DNA of 64,000 nucleotides, from contig NW_024704751.1 in NCBI RefSeq assembly GCF_018977255.1, positions 10,974,001-11,038,000 of the forward strand, written 5' to 3'. The notes under the pieces were generated by a model. It saw only the letters and a list, made by a program, of their open reading frames with translations, was not told the origin of the DNA and did no database searches. This document shows positions 12,457-26,800 of the stretch, piece by piece. The position numbers and the translations under genes are program-made. This DNA comes from Callorhinchus milii. Its lineage: Eukaryota. Every line of letters starts with the position of its first letter. Position 1 is the stretch's first letter.

Positions 12457-13756
12457 AGTGAAATTTGACATGGTGATTGTTAATTGTATCTAAATGAATA
12501 CAGAAGATTGTGGAATAACTTTTATGCTTTCTCAACAACCACTGAGGTGTAAATGTATAATATTTGCCCCCGTGCAGTTGGAATAGATATTCTACAGTGA
12601 AACATTTGTAGAGGATGTTATTAAACCTCGTGATTGCAGAAATGGGAATGAAAATGCCAATTGAACTATCTAACCTTATATTTGGGGCACATTTGCCAGA
12701 CACCCACAGAATATTGATATCTTATATGAATTGAAACTTGAACTTTTACCATTTACTAGTTGAAGTGATTAGCTGGGAACACAGCTGGTTAAAGAGTTTG
12801 GTTCAGTGTGTTTTGTATTGGTCCGATGGAATAAATGGCAGTTTTTGTGGCAAATATTCCAGTCCGTTTAAGTGCCCAAACTGAGATTTTGATTTGTATT
12901 CGGGTGAGAGGAAAATTGAGAGTGTGCTGATGAGGAGCTCATTCGGTTAAACTGAAAGCTTGAGGCCAGACCAAATAAGAGATTTGCAGAGTAATTGTGG
13001 TGACTTCTTCCTTCAACCATGTAACATTCTGTCCAGTGTATTTTCTCTCTCTCTCTCTGTTCCTCTGCTTTCTATACGGTGGTGACTGAATTTGAGACCG
13101 ATTGAGATTCCTAATCCCAAAGCAAAAATCATTTACTGGTGTAAAAGCACTCAACCTCTAATTCATTGGGTCATAATGGTCTGACCTGAGACTATAGAAA
13201 CTGCACTGTTTCCAAAATTTGTACTGGTCACAAATCCCTATGTTGGACAATTTAATTTAAAAAAAGTATACACCGCAACGAGCTCCTGACACATGCTGAG
13301 CAATGAAACCCTGTAGTGAGACATTAAACATCTTCCATAATATTTGATTCTCTTCACCTGAATGCATGAGGTTAAGGCTCCCATTCCCAATGTGGCTTCC
13401 TAGCCTGGGGTATGCTTCTGTGGCAGTTTCTGATTGGGGACAAAGCATTTCTGCATTAGGGAAAAAACTGCTCTTTTCATCCACCTCTGGACAGACATGG
13501 AACCACACTGACAAAGGCCGAGGACATTGAGACAGACTCCAGCCCTTCCTCTGAGCCAGGTACGTGGGGAGGGTAATGAATGCTGGCACTACCAGCTTAT
13601 ACTGGATGTTTGTGTGGGACTCCTTCCCCAAATATATCTTATCAATTTCAGATTTTACACTTGAGTGATTTATATTATTTCTTGCTGATAGAGGCGGCAG
13701 CTTGGCTCAGTCGCTAGCCCCTTGTGTGTAGGACGTGTGATTGACACACTACTCAC

Positions 13757-16111
<2,355 letters not shown>

Positions 16112-18884
16112 CTCTGTCCACACGAACAAACAAGAAACCTTTCTCCTTATCTGTGCTGAAATTTTTTTTTCTGTTTATTGGCATTGCAATGGAGTACACA
16201 AGTTGCCCTATCTCACCCGTCATACAGAGTCTGAGGCCAAATTATATAAAAGGAATGAAACAAAGGGTGTAACTTTATTCAGTACTAATAATAGTAATAA
16301 TCCTTCCATTTGATATAGTGCCTTAACACTTTGATGAGACATCTCAAAGCGCTTCACAGAATCTATTGTAAAGTGGATTGACTGTACTTGAAATGCAGAA
16401 GCTAATTGCGCGCAGCATTGTCCCACAAACTGTCATGCAAAACATTTTGAGCCATTATTACCCCCTGAAAGTGATCCACCAAGCGACTAACAACTGGGTT
16501 CCTACTTACCTACTTACTTAATCATGTGGAGTAAGGAAAAATTAGTTGCCTTTCTTTTTAATTGATTTTTTTACACTAGCGCATTAAAAGATGCTGATTA
16601 TAACCAATCTATATTTGTCAGTGATAAAGCACCGTCTATTTAATTCTGCTAGAAACTCAACTTGAAACAATCTCATTGTAAATTGGAGTTGCATAAATTA
16701 GATCTATTTGTGTTTGACGCACCCTTGTATTCATATGAGAATATGGGTTCATTTGATTAATGAGCCTTTAACTCGTTGTGGGTGTTTTTGGTGGATTGTT
16801 ACAGTTCAGCATTTTCATCACGGTAAACGTTTTTGAGAATTTCATCCTTATTATTACTGTCTCACATCTCTCATATCTTTCACGACTCAACGTACAGTCT
16901 CTTTACATTAAAACGTATTAATCTATACAAATCAGAGCAACAATTAGATACATTAAAAAGTATATAATAATCCTTGCATTTGGTATAGCGCCTTATCACT
17001 TGGTTGGGATGTTTCAAATCGCTTCAGGAAAATACTGTAAAGTTAATTGACTATTTTGTGGGTGAAACTCGGCAGCTAATTGCGCACAGCAGCATTCCAC
17101 AAACAGTCGTGGATTCATTGAGCAAATTATTGTTTTTTCCCTCGAAAAAAAACATTCTCGGTAATTTTCATAAAAATGCTGTTTGCTAATTTTTAGTAAA
17201 TAAAAAGGTAATTTTAGATGGGCGAAGTTTAGATTATTACAGATATTCAGAGAAAAGGAGCTGATAGCATCTAGCAGTGTATCAGGTTACTAATGCTAGC
17301 ACCACTTGTTATAAATTATTCCACGTGTGAAATTAGAGCGAGCATTGTAAAACTACGAACAAGCTAAATTGAGGAGAGTGGCAAATACTGTATGTTGAAC
17401 CCAAAACAGAACAACAGCGTGCATTTATACAGCGCCCATCACACAGGAACATTTGAAACAAAGCTAGCATGTTTGAAACCCTACCTTATACAGTGCAGGT
17501 CCACACCACAGGACCAGAAAGATAAAACAGGTTATTAATCCCTGTCCCTCCCTCCAACTCCCCCACTTTTTGAACCTATTATGTCTGACAGAAACTTCAC
17601 ATTTAGTTTTTTTTAAAGTTTGTTAGTAACTTACCCCAGTCAGTGTCCAGCTCTGCTACATGTAAGGTAGTCAGTCAGGAGGTTCCCTGCAAAGGTTAGC
17701 TGCCCGCTGGCAGTAAGTGGCTTAGAGCAATCATTTAATCTTAAGAATTAAAGCTTCCATGGGGTTGGCTGTCTTCCTGTCTCTGGCTCTCTGAGCACTT
17801 CGCTGGCGATTGGTTGGTTATGATGGAGGCCAGCACTCTGGGGCTTGTCGATGTTCTCTTGTTCCATTTCACACGGACAATAAGGCTACAGAGTGGACCG
17901 TATACACAGTGACAAAGCTCCAGGGATATCTCTTTCTCTCTCTCGCTCTGTTCACCCATGTAGCTGCCGCTGCTTTGCTGCTCTCCACCTAATCCGTTTA
18001 CTCCAGCTTTTTGCTCAAAGGCAACTCTGCAAAACTCTACTGGCAATCCTTCGCTTTCTCTTTCTCTTGTGTTTGCTCACACGGAACAAACCACTCACAG
18101 CCAAAAATGGGACTTAACAGATGAAAGCTGTTAATATTATCATCATTAACACAGTGATAGTAACACTTTTATTCCTAAAACTGGACTTTGGCCCCTCGCT
18201 CCCGGCTCGGAGTCAGGCTCCACCACTTTTAAGTGCTCTGAGAACCCATCCTGTGTGAAATGTGTTGTGTAAATTCAAGTCTTGTTGTGCATTGACCGTC
18301 CACAGAACAGGCTGGAAATCCAGAAACAAGAAGCTAGAGATCAGACACAGCGTGACGTCACTGTTGTGCCGTAATGTCTGATTGAGAAAACTGCTCGTGG
18401 TTCATTGGGACCAAAGAACCTTTGCCTGCGGCGTTTTTAACTGGTAACTGATGTTTACCTAAAGGTGATATCCAGAATCACCTGTTTATTTGTTCGGTGT
18501 AAAACCCCACACCTGGTTGTGTCCCCCGACCTGGCTAGTTTATGTCAATGTCATTGTTTGCTGGAGTCAGAAATGTCAGACTTGTGGAAAATTCAATATC
18601 AAACACACCTGTTACGTTCACCCACAAATACAATCAGTCATTCCACTTTCGTCTATATCATGTGACAGGCTTTGAGTTATCATGTCAACTCAAAAGCTGC
18701 TATATCATATGTAGAAGTTATTATTACAGGAATTTTCTCTGATTATTTGAAGATTAGGAAATGTATATTATAAAGTGAATCATTCTCGAATAATGCTTTA
18801 TTACTGCAGTAACCAAACTCCCAGTGCAGTGCTCCGTATCAGATCTATATTTTTGGAAGGTAATAATTCATCCAATTAATCAAT

Positions 18885-19462
18885 CTACAAACCTCATACA
18901 CGCCTTCATTACATCGAGGCTCGACTATGCAAACTCATTGCTTGTTGGCCTCCCCAACTCCTCCCTCCACAGGCTGCAGATCATCCAGAACTCTGCAGCC
19001 CGTGTCCTCTCCTGCACCAGGCTCTGTGACCCCATCACCCCCATCTTCACCCAACTCCACTGGCTTCCCATCACGCAGAGGATACGGTTCAAGATCCTGA
19101 TTCTCACCTTCAAAGCCCTCCCCTATCTCTGCGACCTCCTAACCCCCTACCATCCTGTTCGCTCCCTCCGCTCAGCAGGCTCCGGCCAGCTTCATATCCC
19201 CCGTCTCACTCTCCTCACTATTTGTGGGCAGGCCTTCTGCCACTCTGCCCCCACTCTCTGGAATTCTATCCCGCAGTCCCTCCGCCTTGCCCCTCCCTCA
19301 CCACCTCTTCAACCGTGCTTTCAATCTCCCTGCTTCCCCCCCTGCCCTCCACCCTCCCCGACCCCAACCCTCAGCTCGGGTCCATAACTCTGTTTGTCTA
19401 GAGCCTTGGGACATCCTCCCGACGTGAAAGGCCTTTACACATGTAATTTTGTTGTTGTTGTT
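18885..19462 (+). mobile_element. L2-clade LINE, 5'-truncated 3' portion (ORF2 C-terminus, 3'UTR and (TTG)n tail)
   Basis: ORF segment LIHAFITSRLDYANSLLVGLP...LQIIQNSAAR...LHWLPITQRIRFKILILTFKAL is typical of L2 ORF2. It ends gggacatcctcccgacgtgaaaggc...ttgttgttg. Confidence 0.92.
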
Positions 19463-20078
19463 TGTGGGACATGGTTGTGTACAGTTGGCTGCCACGTTGA
19501 AGGTTTTGAAGGGTTAAAACAGTTAAATGCCAAATTCTGGAGGTGAATGCTTTCACCCTGCCTGGGAATCGAACCCAGGTCCTCTCACTTGCGAGGTGAG
19601 CGTGCTAACTGATACGCTGGACGACTCCACATTTACTGACATTATGATACTAAATAGGGAGAAAAGGGAGCAGGGAGGTGTTACTAATAATACTATAAAA
19701 CAAGCAATATCTTAATACTGCAAAACAACACTTTGCTAGGTTGCTCTGTACCCAAAGGGTAATTAATGACTGGAACAGGTTTCCAGGCGGGTGTTTGAGC
19801 CAGGATACTGGGACTTAATTAAAAACGTGCTGTGATGGGAGGATGAGATCAGATGTGCCGATGGGTCTTTTTCATCTGAACTAACACAAGGAGCTCTACC
19901 ACACAAGTCTTATTTGTAGCAAAGGAGTTGGTTTCTAGCAAACTCTTCATTGGGATTCAGGATCTTCTACCTTTTTTCAGCTTTTGCATTGATTTGGAGG
20001 ATTTTCTTTTGCGTTAATTGGAAAGATGCAGTTGTTGTGTTCAGTTTCTTTTACCACAAGGCGACAATGGTGCTTTAT

Positions 20079-20400
20079 GTGGAGTCCTGTAGCTCAGTGG
20101 TTAGAGCACTCGCTTTGCAAGTGAGAGACCTGAGTTCAATTCCAGGCAGAGGGCGAAACCTCGGGCAAGTTTCCTTACTCCACACAAAGCCTAATAATAA
20201 TCCTCCAAAACAAAACAATAATAAATTGGTCATTTTCAATCCACGACTGTTTGTGGGACATTGCTGTGCGCAATTGGCTGCCACGATCACCCACAAAAAT
20301 ATACAGTCAATTCACTTTACAGTGTGTTCTGTGAAGCGCTTTGGGACGTCCCCCCGACGTGAAAAGCGCTATATCAAATGCAAGGATTATTTATTATTTT
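20079..20400 (+). mobile_element. Full-length tRNA-derived SINE with L2-like tail
   Basis: Pol III A box TAGCTCAGTGG (20090-20100), B box GTTCAATTCC (20134-20143) and an anticodon-like loop TTTGCAA. Conserved core gtgggacattgctgtgcgcaattggctgcc. Tail aagcgctttgggacgtc...gcgctatatcaaatgcaagg(att)n. Near-identical copies occur elsewhere in the window. Confidence 0.93.
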
Positions 20401-20898
20401 TATAAAGAGTTCTGTCGCCATCGAGTGGTAGCAAAACAGTAATGCTTCTCAGCTTCCAGGTGAGGACAATTTATTTCTATTTGTGGCTCTAATACAACGG
20501 CCACAAAGCTAAATAAGAGGTCCCTTATAATGGCCACAACATTCAACGGGATTCAAAGGTCTCAAAACCCTTTGCAAAATATAATTGATGGGAAATGAAA
20601 GTGAGGGCTGGTAAAGTAGGCAAACGGGGCAGCTAATCCACTCCAATGTCGACCTGTAAACACTGAGATGAAATTTGGAGACAACAACAACTTATATATA
20701 CAACGGCACCCTGCCTTCATACACGGTAGTGTTTTGGATTGCTGGATCTGTGTTAGCACAGGGAGTACAAACAGGCACATATTTGAAACAGCAACGGCAG
20801 AATGGTCAGTGCGTCTCTGATGGCCTCTCTCCTATCTCCAGAGGCTGAGTGGTGAGAAGGATTGTTGTGAGTTTTACTGGTGTCGGCGTTGGCAGTGC

Positions 20899-23800
20899 TC
20901 ACTCTGCCTGCCCTGGTGACTCCTGGTTTGTGAGGGTGGGTTTCCTCTTGGCTTGCTCCATGATGTGGGTGGTCTGGTCCCAGGCCTCCTCCAGGTGCTG
21001 TGCAGAACGGTTCCATCTCAGGAATAAACCTGAAGGGACAAAGTGCAGGAAATTCCCTAGTTACAAAGTGCATTCTCTGACTTTACCTCACAGTTCCTTC
21101 GTGCCTTACAGAGATTGGGGTGGGGTGGGGAAACCTGGGGAAAAGAGAAAATAACTGGAAAATGGAACAGTTTTTACTCTCTCCGCTTTCTCTCTCTCTC
21201 GCTCCAGGAAGATGAGATCAAATGGTGCATTAAGAGCCTTCTTCATCCAAACCAACCTTGTGATCTCTCAAACACCCTCTCTCTTACCCCTCTGCCGCCT
21301 CCCACCTGCCGTCTATCTCTAAATGCTGCTTAAAACCTATCTAACCTCTTCACCCGCACCTGTCCCCCTATGCTCGATATGCAACACTATCCTCTGTGAA
21401 GGGTTCTGTGTCTCTGACCCCAAAGCTCCACTTGATTGAGTGCTGAATTTTACACAAACCTTGCCAAAGTTGCAAACTCTGTGGAGCCACTGAAGGCCAT
21501 AAAGCAAAAGTGTTCTTTTCATACAGTGGGTTCAGGAACTTGTTGAGTTGACTCGGCTGGTTCACCCAGGCCCACAGGGATATGGAATTATCCTGCACCT
21601 TCTCAGTGAACCTGAAGACAAAAGTGCAAAAGGTTGGAAATGACTAAGCCTCACGTTGGGACTTTTGAGTGCGTAATATGGGCTAACACTCCAGCCCAGT
21701 GCTGGGGGGCAGTGGGCATTGTCGGAGGTGCTGCCCTTCGAACGAAACATTAAACAGAGGTATCTTCTTAAAGATCCCATGAACTATTCAAGTAGAGCAG
21801 GGAGATTCTCTCTCCTGGTGAGAACTCTTGGCCAACAATCCCAGAAATAAAATTGGTCACTCACTCTGAGGCTGTTTGTGGGACACAGATTGGCTGCTGT
21901 GTTTGCCCGCAAAATACACAGTTACTACACTTTACAGTATATCGCATGAAGCACTTTGGTTCGCCCTCCTGACCAAATGCAAGGATTATTATTATTCCAC
22001 TATGAAGGGCGTTATATAAATGCAAGTTGTTGTTGTTGTTGGCGAGTTGTTCTTTGGTAAGAGTAGCTGCGAAATACATACCGCTCCTTTTCATTGTTAC
22101 ACAGGAAGCTGCCGAAGCTGGAGGCGTAAGCGTGTTCGAACAGCGCAATGAGGAAACGTTCATTGAACTCAAACGAGCAGGGGAACTGCCGGCACAGCTG
22201 CCAACAGCAGTCCAGGAAGATGAGGAAGACGGGAGCCTCGTGCTTGAGCCGGGCGTGAGAGTACGCAGAGCTGGCACAGCGCTGCTGGAAAGCGTGGCCT
22301 GCCTGAGGAAACCCAGTGTGAGTCACTTTCACTACAATGCATTCGGTCGAGGCAAAGTCACCCACACGACCGCTCTCTAAAGCAGTGGTGGCCAACCTTT
22401 ATGGTGCGGAGCAGGTGGCCTTGCCCTGTACGCTGTTACTCTATAACGTTACTCTATAATTAAGCGCTCTGGGACACTACTCGGCCTGAAGGGCGCCAGA
22501 TAAGTTGTTGTTGTGCTGTGTTCTAACAAATATTATCTGGATTTAAATCACTAGTGCTTGACCTTTAAGGGCAAAGGGCAGGTATGGGGCTAAAAGGATT
22601 GCTCTTTAAAGTACCAACACAAGACACGATGGGCCGAATGGCCTCCTTCTGTGCTGTGTACATTATATGGTTCAGTGGTTCGTTCCTTTGTACCTTCAGC
22701 CACTCCCGTTCAACGAGAGCTTGGAAACCAAACACAGTCCTGCAAGCTGGATCCAGGATAATCTGTGCCAGAGAGGTGAGCTGCAGTGTGGCATCCCGTC
22801 CCTCGGAGCCATGGATCAGCACAGACGCTCCTTCTCTGTAAAGTCACAGCAGAAAAGCTTCAGCTTATTCAAACATTAATGCAAATGCATTCCTTTGGGT
22901 CTAATAATTGTCATTTCTATTTTTAAATCAATTTGATGCCTCGTGATGATGTAAACATCCGAGTTCTTTCTTCCAATCAGGAGCTTTGTTGGGGCATTAG
23001 GGACCCTCAGGGCTGAATGTCTGAGGACCCCGATGTATGTGTTGTGAGGCACATGCGTTGACACCTCAGGATAATACTCTGGCCTCCCAGTGAACTCTCT
23101 CCTGTTGTAAATTGTGACAAGCGTGTAACTGGTCTCGGAACACGAGCAGCTCTCTGGCTCTTGCCCTGAAATGTGTTTGTTATGCTGTGGGACACTACCC
23201 TGCGTGAGGGACGCTACCTAAATGCAAGTTGTTGTTACCTCTCCACACACTGGGCGGCGAGGCAGGCTGTGGTCAGGATGGTTTTGACGTGGCTCAGCCA
23301 TTTCGAAGCCTCCATTTTATTCAGCCACCGGTCGATGCTGTTGGACTGATCATGGCAGGCGTCGACCAGCTTGACCAGGCTCTCCTGCAGGCCTCGGCCC
23401 CTGCAATAACAGCAACAGCACTGAGCGTGTGAGAGAAAGCCACTGAGAGAGACGTCACTACCTGACGATACATCCCCCTGAGACGCCCTGTCAGACTGTT
23501 TAGCCTTTAAGATCGAACATCATTTAAGATCGAACACACGCATGTACCATCACAGAATTGCAGAGAATCGTCACTTTGCTTCCTTACCTATCTATTGGCC
23601 GGTGGAGACGTTTCCAGTTGGGATAATTTGCTTTGGTCTCAAATCCTCCGCCCTTCACCCTGGCCTGGTGGGTGGCCTGGATGGACCTGGTCTCAATGAT
23701 GAAGCCCTTTCTGTCTGGCTGAAGAACAGCAGCCAAGAACTGTTCATCCTCTTTACATCTCTTTCCGTTGGCCCCTGGCATTGGTTGGCTACTCCGCATG

Positions 23801-26800
23801 ATCACCTAGTGGGGTCAACATCTCCCACATCAGTCAGCAACAACTTGCCCATCGCATGGAGTAGGGTCTCAGAGCGCTTGACACCGAGATGGGGGAGGTG
23901 ACCGTAAGCATAATTGAAGAGGAAGATCTTCAGGTTTGATCTGAAGACCGGCAAGGAGGAGGAGAAGGAGGAGGAGGCAAGTCGCAGTGACTGAGGCAGA
24001 GAGTTCCGTCATGGCTGGAAGCACGGCCACCGATGGTGGAGCGGAGATGACGAGGAATGTGCAGGAAGCCGGAGCCAGATGAGCAGTGGAGGCGGTTAGT
24101 GGAGTTGGGGGGTGAGCAGATTCGCGCTACAATGAGTGGCCACGGAAGCGAAGAGAGGAACCGTAACCGGGCATAGACAAACACACGCACGTACCATCCC
24201 GTTCTTCCTGTGATAGTAACTGAGTACCGGGAAGCGTCCACCCTGCCGGAATCTGGCCACCGCCTTCAGCATCTCGTCATCCACAGACCTGAGCACAAGC
24301 ACCGCGTCAGGGTAGGTGGGGCACACGGCAAAGGCTTTGTTCACGTAGCTGAGTCTCCAGTTAGTGGTCTGCCAGAGCGGGAGCAAAGTTACCATCGATC
24401 GATCAATTCTCCTGAACAACACAGGACGGTGAGGGTCTGTCCACACAACAACAACTTCTACTCACGTGTGGACATGGACGCATTCCAGTGAGTGATGTCA
24501 TGGGGGGATATTTTGAAGGGATTATTATCCCAGAAAGCGATCCACCAATCGACTAACAACCAGGTTCCTACTTACTGTTAGCTCAGCAGAGGTGTGTGTG
24601 AAGTAAGAAAACTTGCCTAAAGTTTCGCTCTGCCTGGGAATCGAACCCGGGTCCTCTTGCTTGTGAGGCGAGTGCTCTAATCACTTCGCTACAGGACTCC
24701 ACTTGTACCAGGGAGGAGAGACCGTGGAGAAGAATGGAGTGGTCAAAGGCAGCGGAGGCAGATCACAAAGACTATTATTATTATAGTCTTCACAAGAGAA
24801 CAACTGTATTGAGAATACATTGTCTGGGCATCCCCAACAGTATAACAGTCACCCTGTTCCCCACATTATTCATGGATTGCAGGTTTGATTGCCCAGTGAC
24901 ATATTAATGGTCTGTCAATTGCTGTCTGTTCTTGGCTTTGTTGGTAACAATGGAGAATAAATATACTATAGTCACTCCCCCAGCAACAAAGCTTCTTGCT
25001 TCTGTTCAGCTTGGCAGGAAAGGGGGAGGAAGACACTTGGAATTAACAAGGATTTTTAAACAGGATAAAAATGGGAAACACTTAAAAAAATACAGTTTCC
25101 GCTCTTTGTGAGAAAAACATCAGTAATTATACGAACATTGGCAGAAAGCCGAGTGAACTCCTCTTCTGTAGTGAATAAGTTCCATCCTTCCTGACGATTT
25201 AGGTTCTTGGGGCGGTAGAAGTAAGGGTACATTTGAGTGATGGACTGAAGAGATGACAGAGCCTGAGAAAGGAGACAAGAGAGAAATGTTACATCAGAAA
25301 ATGTCAATCGTTAACATCCACATCAATGGGACCACAGCCCCTCTCCCCCTGGAGAATACACAGGGCAAACCCCCTTATTATGATCTCTGCGGAGTCCAAT
25401 CTCTCAGTGACTGGGTTTTAAGCAAAAAGTGGGAAAAAGGCCGACTTCTGGGTCGTTAGGTCACCGCTGGCATCAGCAACACTTCCTGTTCTATAGCACG
25501 CATGCAAGGAAGTGATGTAAGCGGTAACCTGACGAACCAGAAGTCAGACATTTTTTTTCAGCCACTTAGCTGTGTGTACTGTACTCCAGGTAAGCATGGA
25601 TCCACACGGCGACAACAACAACTTGCATTTATGTAGCACCCCTCATGCAGGACTGCGTCCCAAAGCGCTTATAAGGGAAGCCATGTTATAACAGGAAGTG
25701 GGGTGTGATGTAACACCGTGTATCCAGATGTTTTTTCTCTTCAAACATAATTTTTTTTGGTCACAGACATTCCATGTCCTAACATCTCTGTGTAAACACT
25801 AACCAAATCTCCCTGTCCTTTTGTCTTTTGGGAACAAATGGGAATTTGTGTCTCGTAGTTAAAGACTCACCCTGCAGCATACACTACCTCAATAGAGCTT
25901 GCAATGTTCAAACATTCTTCCATACCAGGAATCTCCAGGTACATGACACACAGGTCTTTACATTTAATGGTTATCGTCCCTGAAGACACTGAGGATCTGG
26001 AATTACATAGAAATTACATAGATTTACATACAATCATATTGACTGCGCAGCACTGAAACAGGCAATTCACACTAGTCCCGTGCCTCTCTCACACCCCTGT
26101 CACACTCCACCTCTCCTAATCACCTCTCTCACACCCCTCTATCCCCTTCTCCCTCTTGAAGGCAAGAAAAGAGAATAAAAGTCTTCAGTTTTGTTTGAAT
26201 CCCATGGTTGAGCGAATAGTGAAACTGTGGAACAGGCTCCCTGGGGAGATGGTTGAAGCAGGAAATGTTGATTCTTTTAAACACAGATTGGATAGTTTTC
26301 CAGTAGGAAATAACATTATGGGATATAGCACATAGGGAGCTTAGGACATATGTGCAGGCGACCGCCAAGAAGGTGGAAGGCAAACTAGATGGACCTCGGT
26401 CTTTTTTCGTCGAGCATTTCTTATGTTCTTATGGAGGTTGCTGTGGATTTTTCTCTGCTCTGTTTCCAAACAGCAGCAAAATAGATAACACTTTTGATTT
26501 GCTTTGAGAGCTTGCTGTGACCTCACGCGGATTTCCTTTCCCTGAGCTCCCGCCCAGGGTTGAGTTCGTGCTAAATTCTTTCCAAATCCCATTGCAACGG
26601 CCGTGAAAACTTTATCTCTTCCTTATATTAAACAATCCATTGATGTTCTCAAGACTACGTTTACACCTCCTCTTCTTAACAGTTGCATTAGTGCGTGTAA
26701 TAGACAGTAACTGAGCTATATCAAATGCAAAAGTTAGAATTATAGAAACCTACAGCACAGAAGGAGGCCATTCGGTCCATCGGACCTGTGCCGGCTCTTT

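Noticed and set aside
13270-13410. Possible remnant of the TDH last exon (minus-strand ARKPHWEW...QELVA versus ARKDWGW...PELVA)
   Set aside because: The spacing is about three times too long, an in-frame stop follows, and there is no SWP motif or acceptor. It is consistent with chance without an alignment.
17630-17760. Possible 5' non-coding exon of the TDH-like gene (minus-strand donor GGG|GTAAGT at 17635/17634)
   Set aside because: A lone splice-donor match is not sufficient evidence without transcript data.
20081-20155. tRNA-Ala(UGC)-like gene (also at about 35010-35085, 38130-38205 and 54000-54075)
   Set aside because: These are SINE heads: the acceptor stem does not pair properly and each runs into the SINE body and tail.
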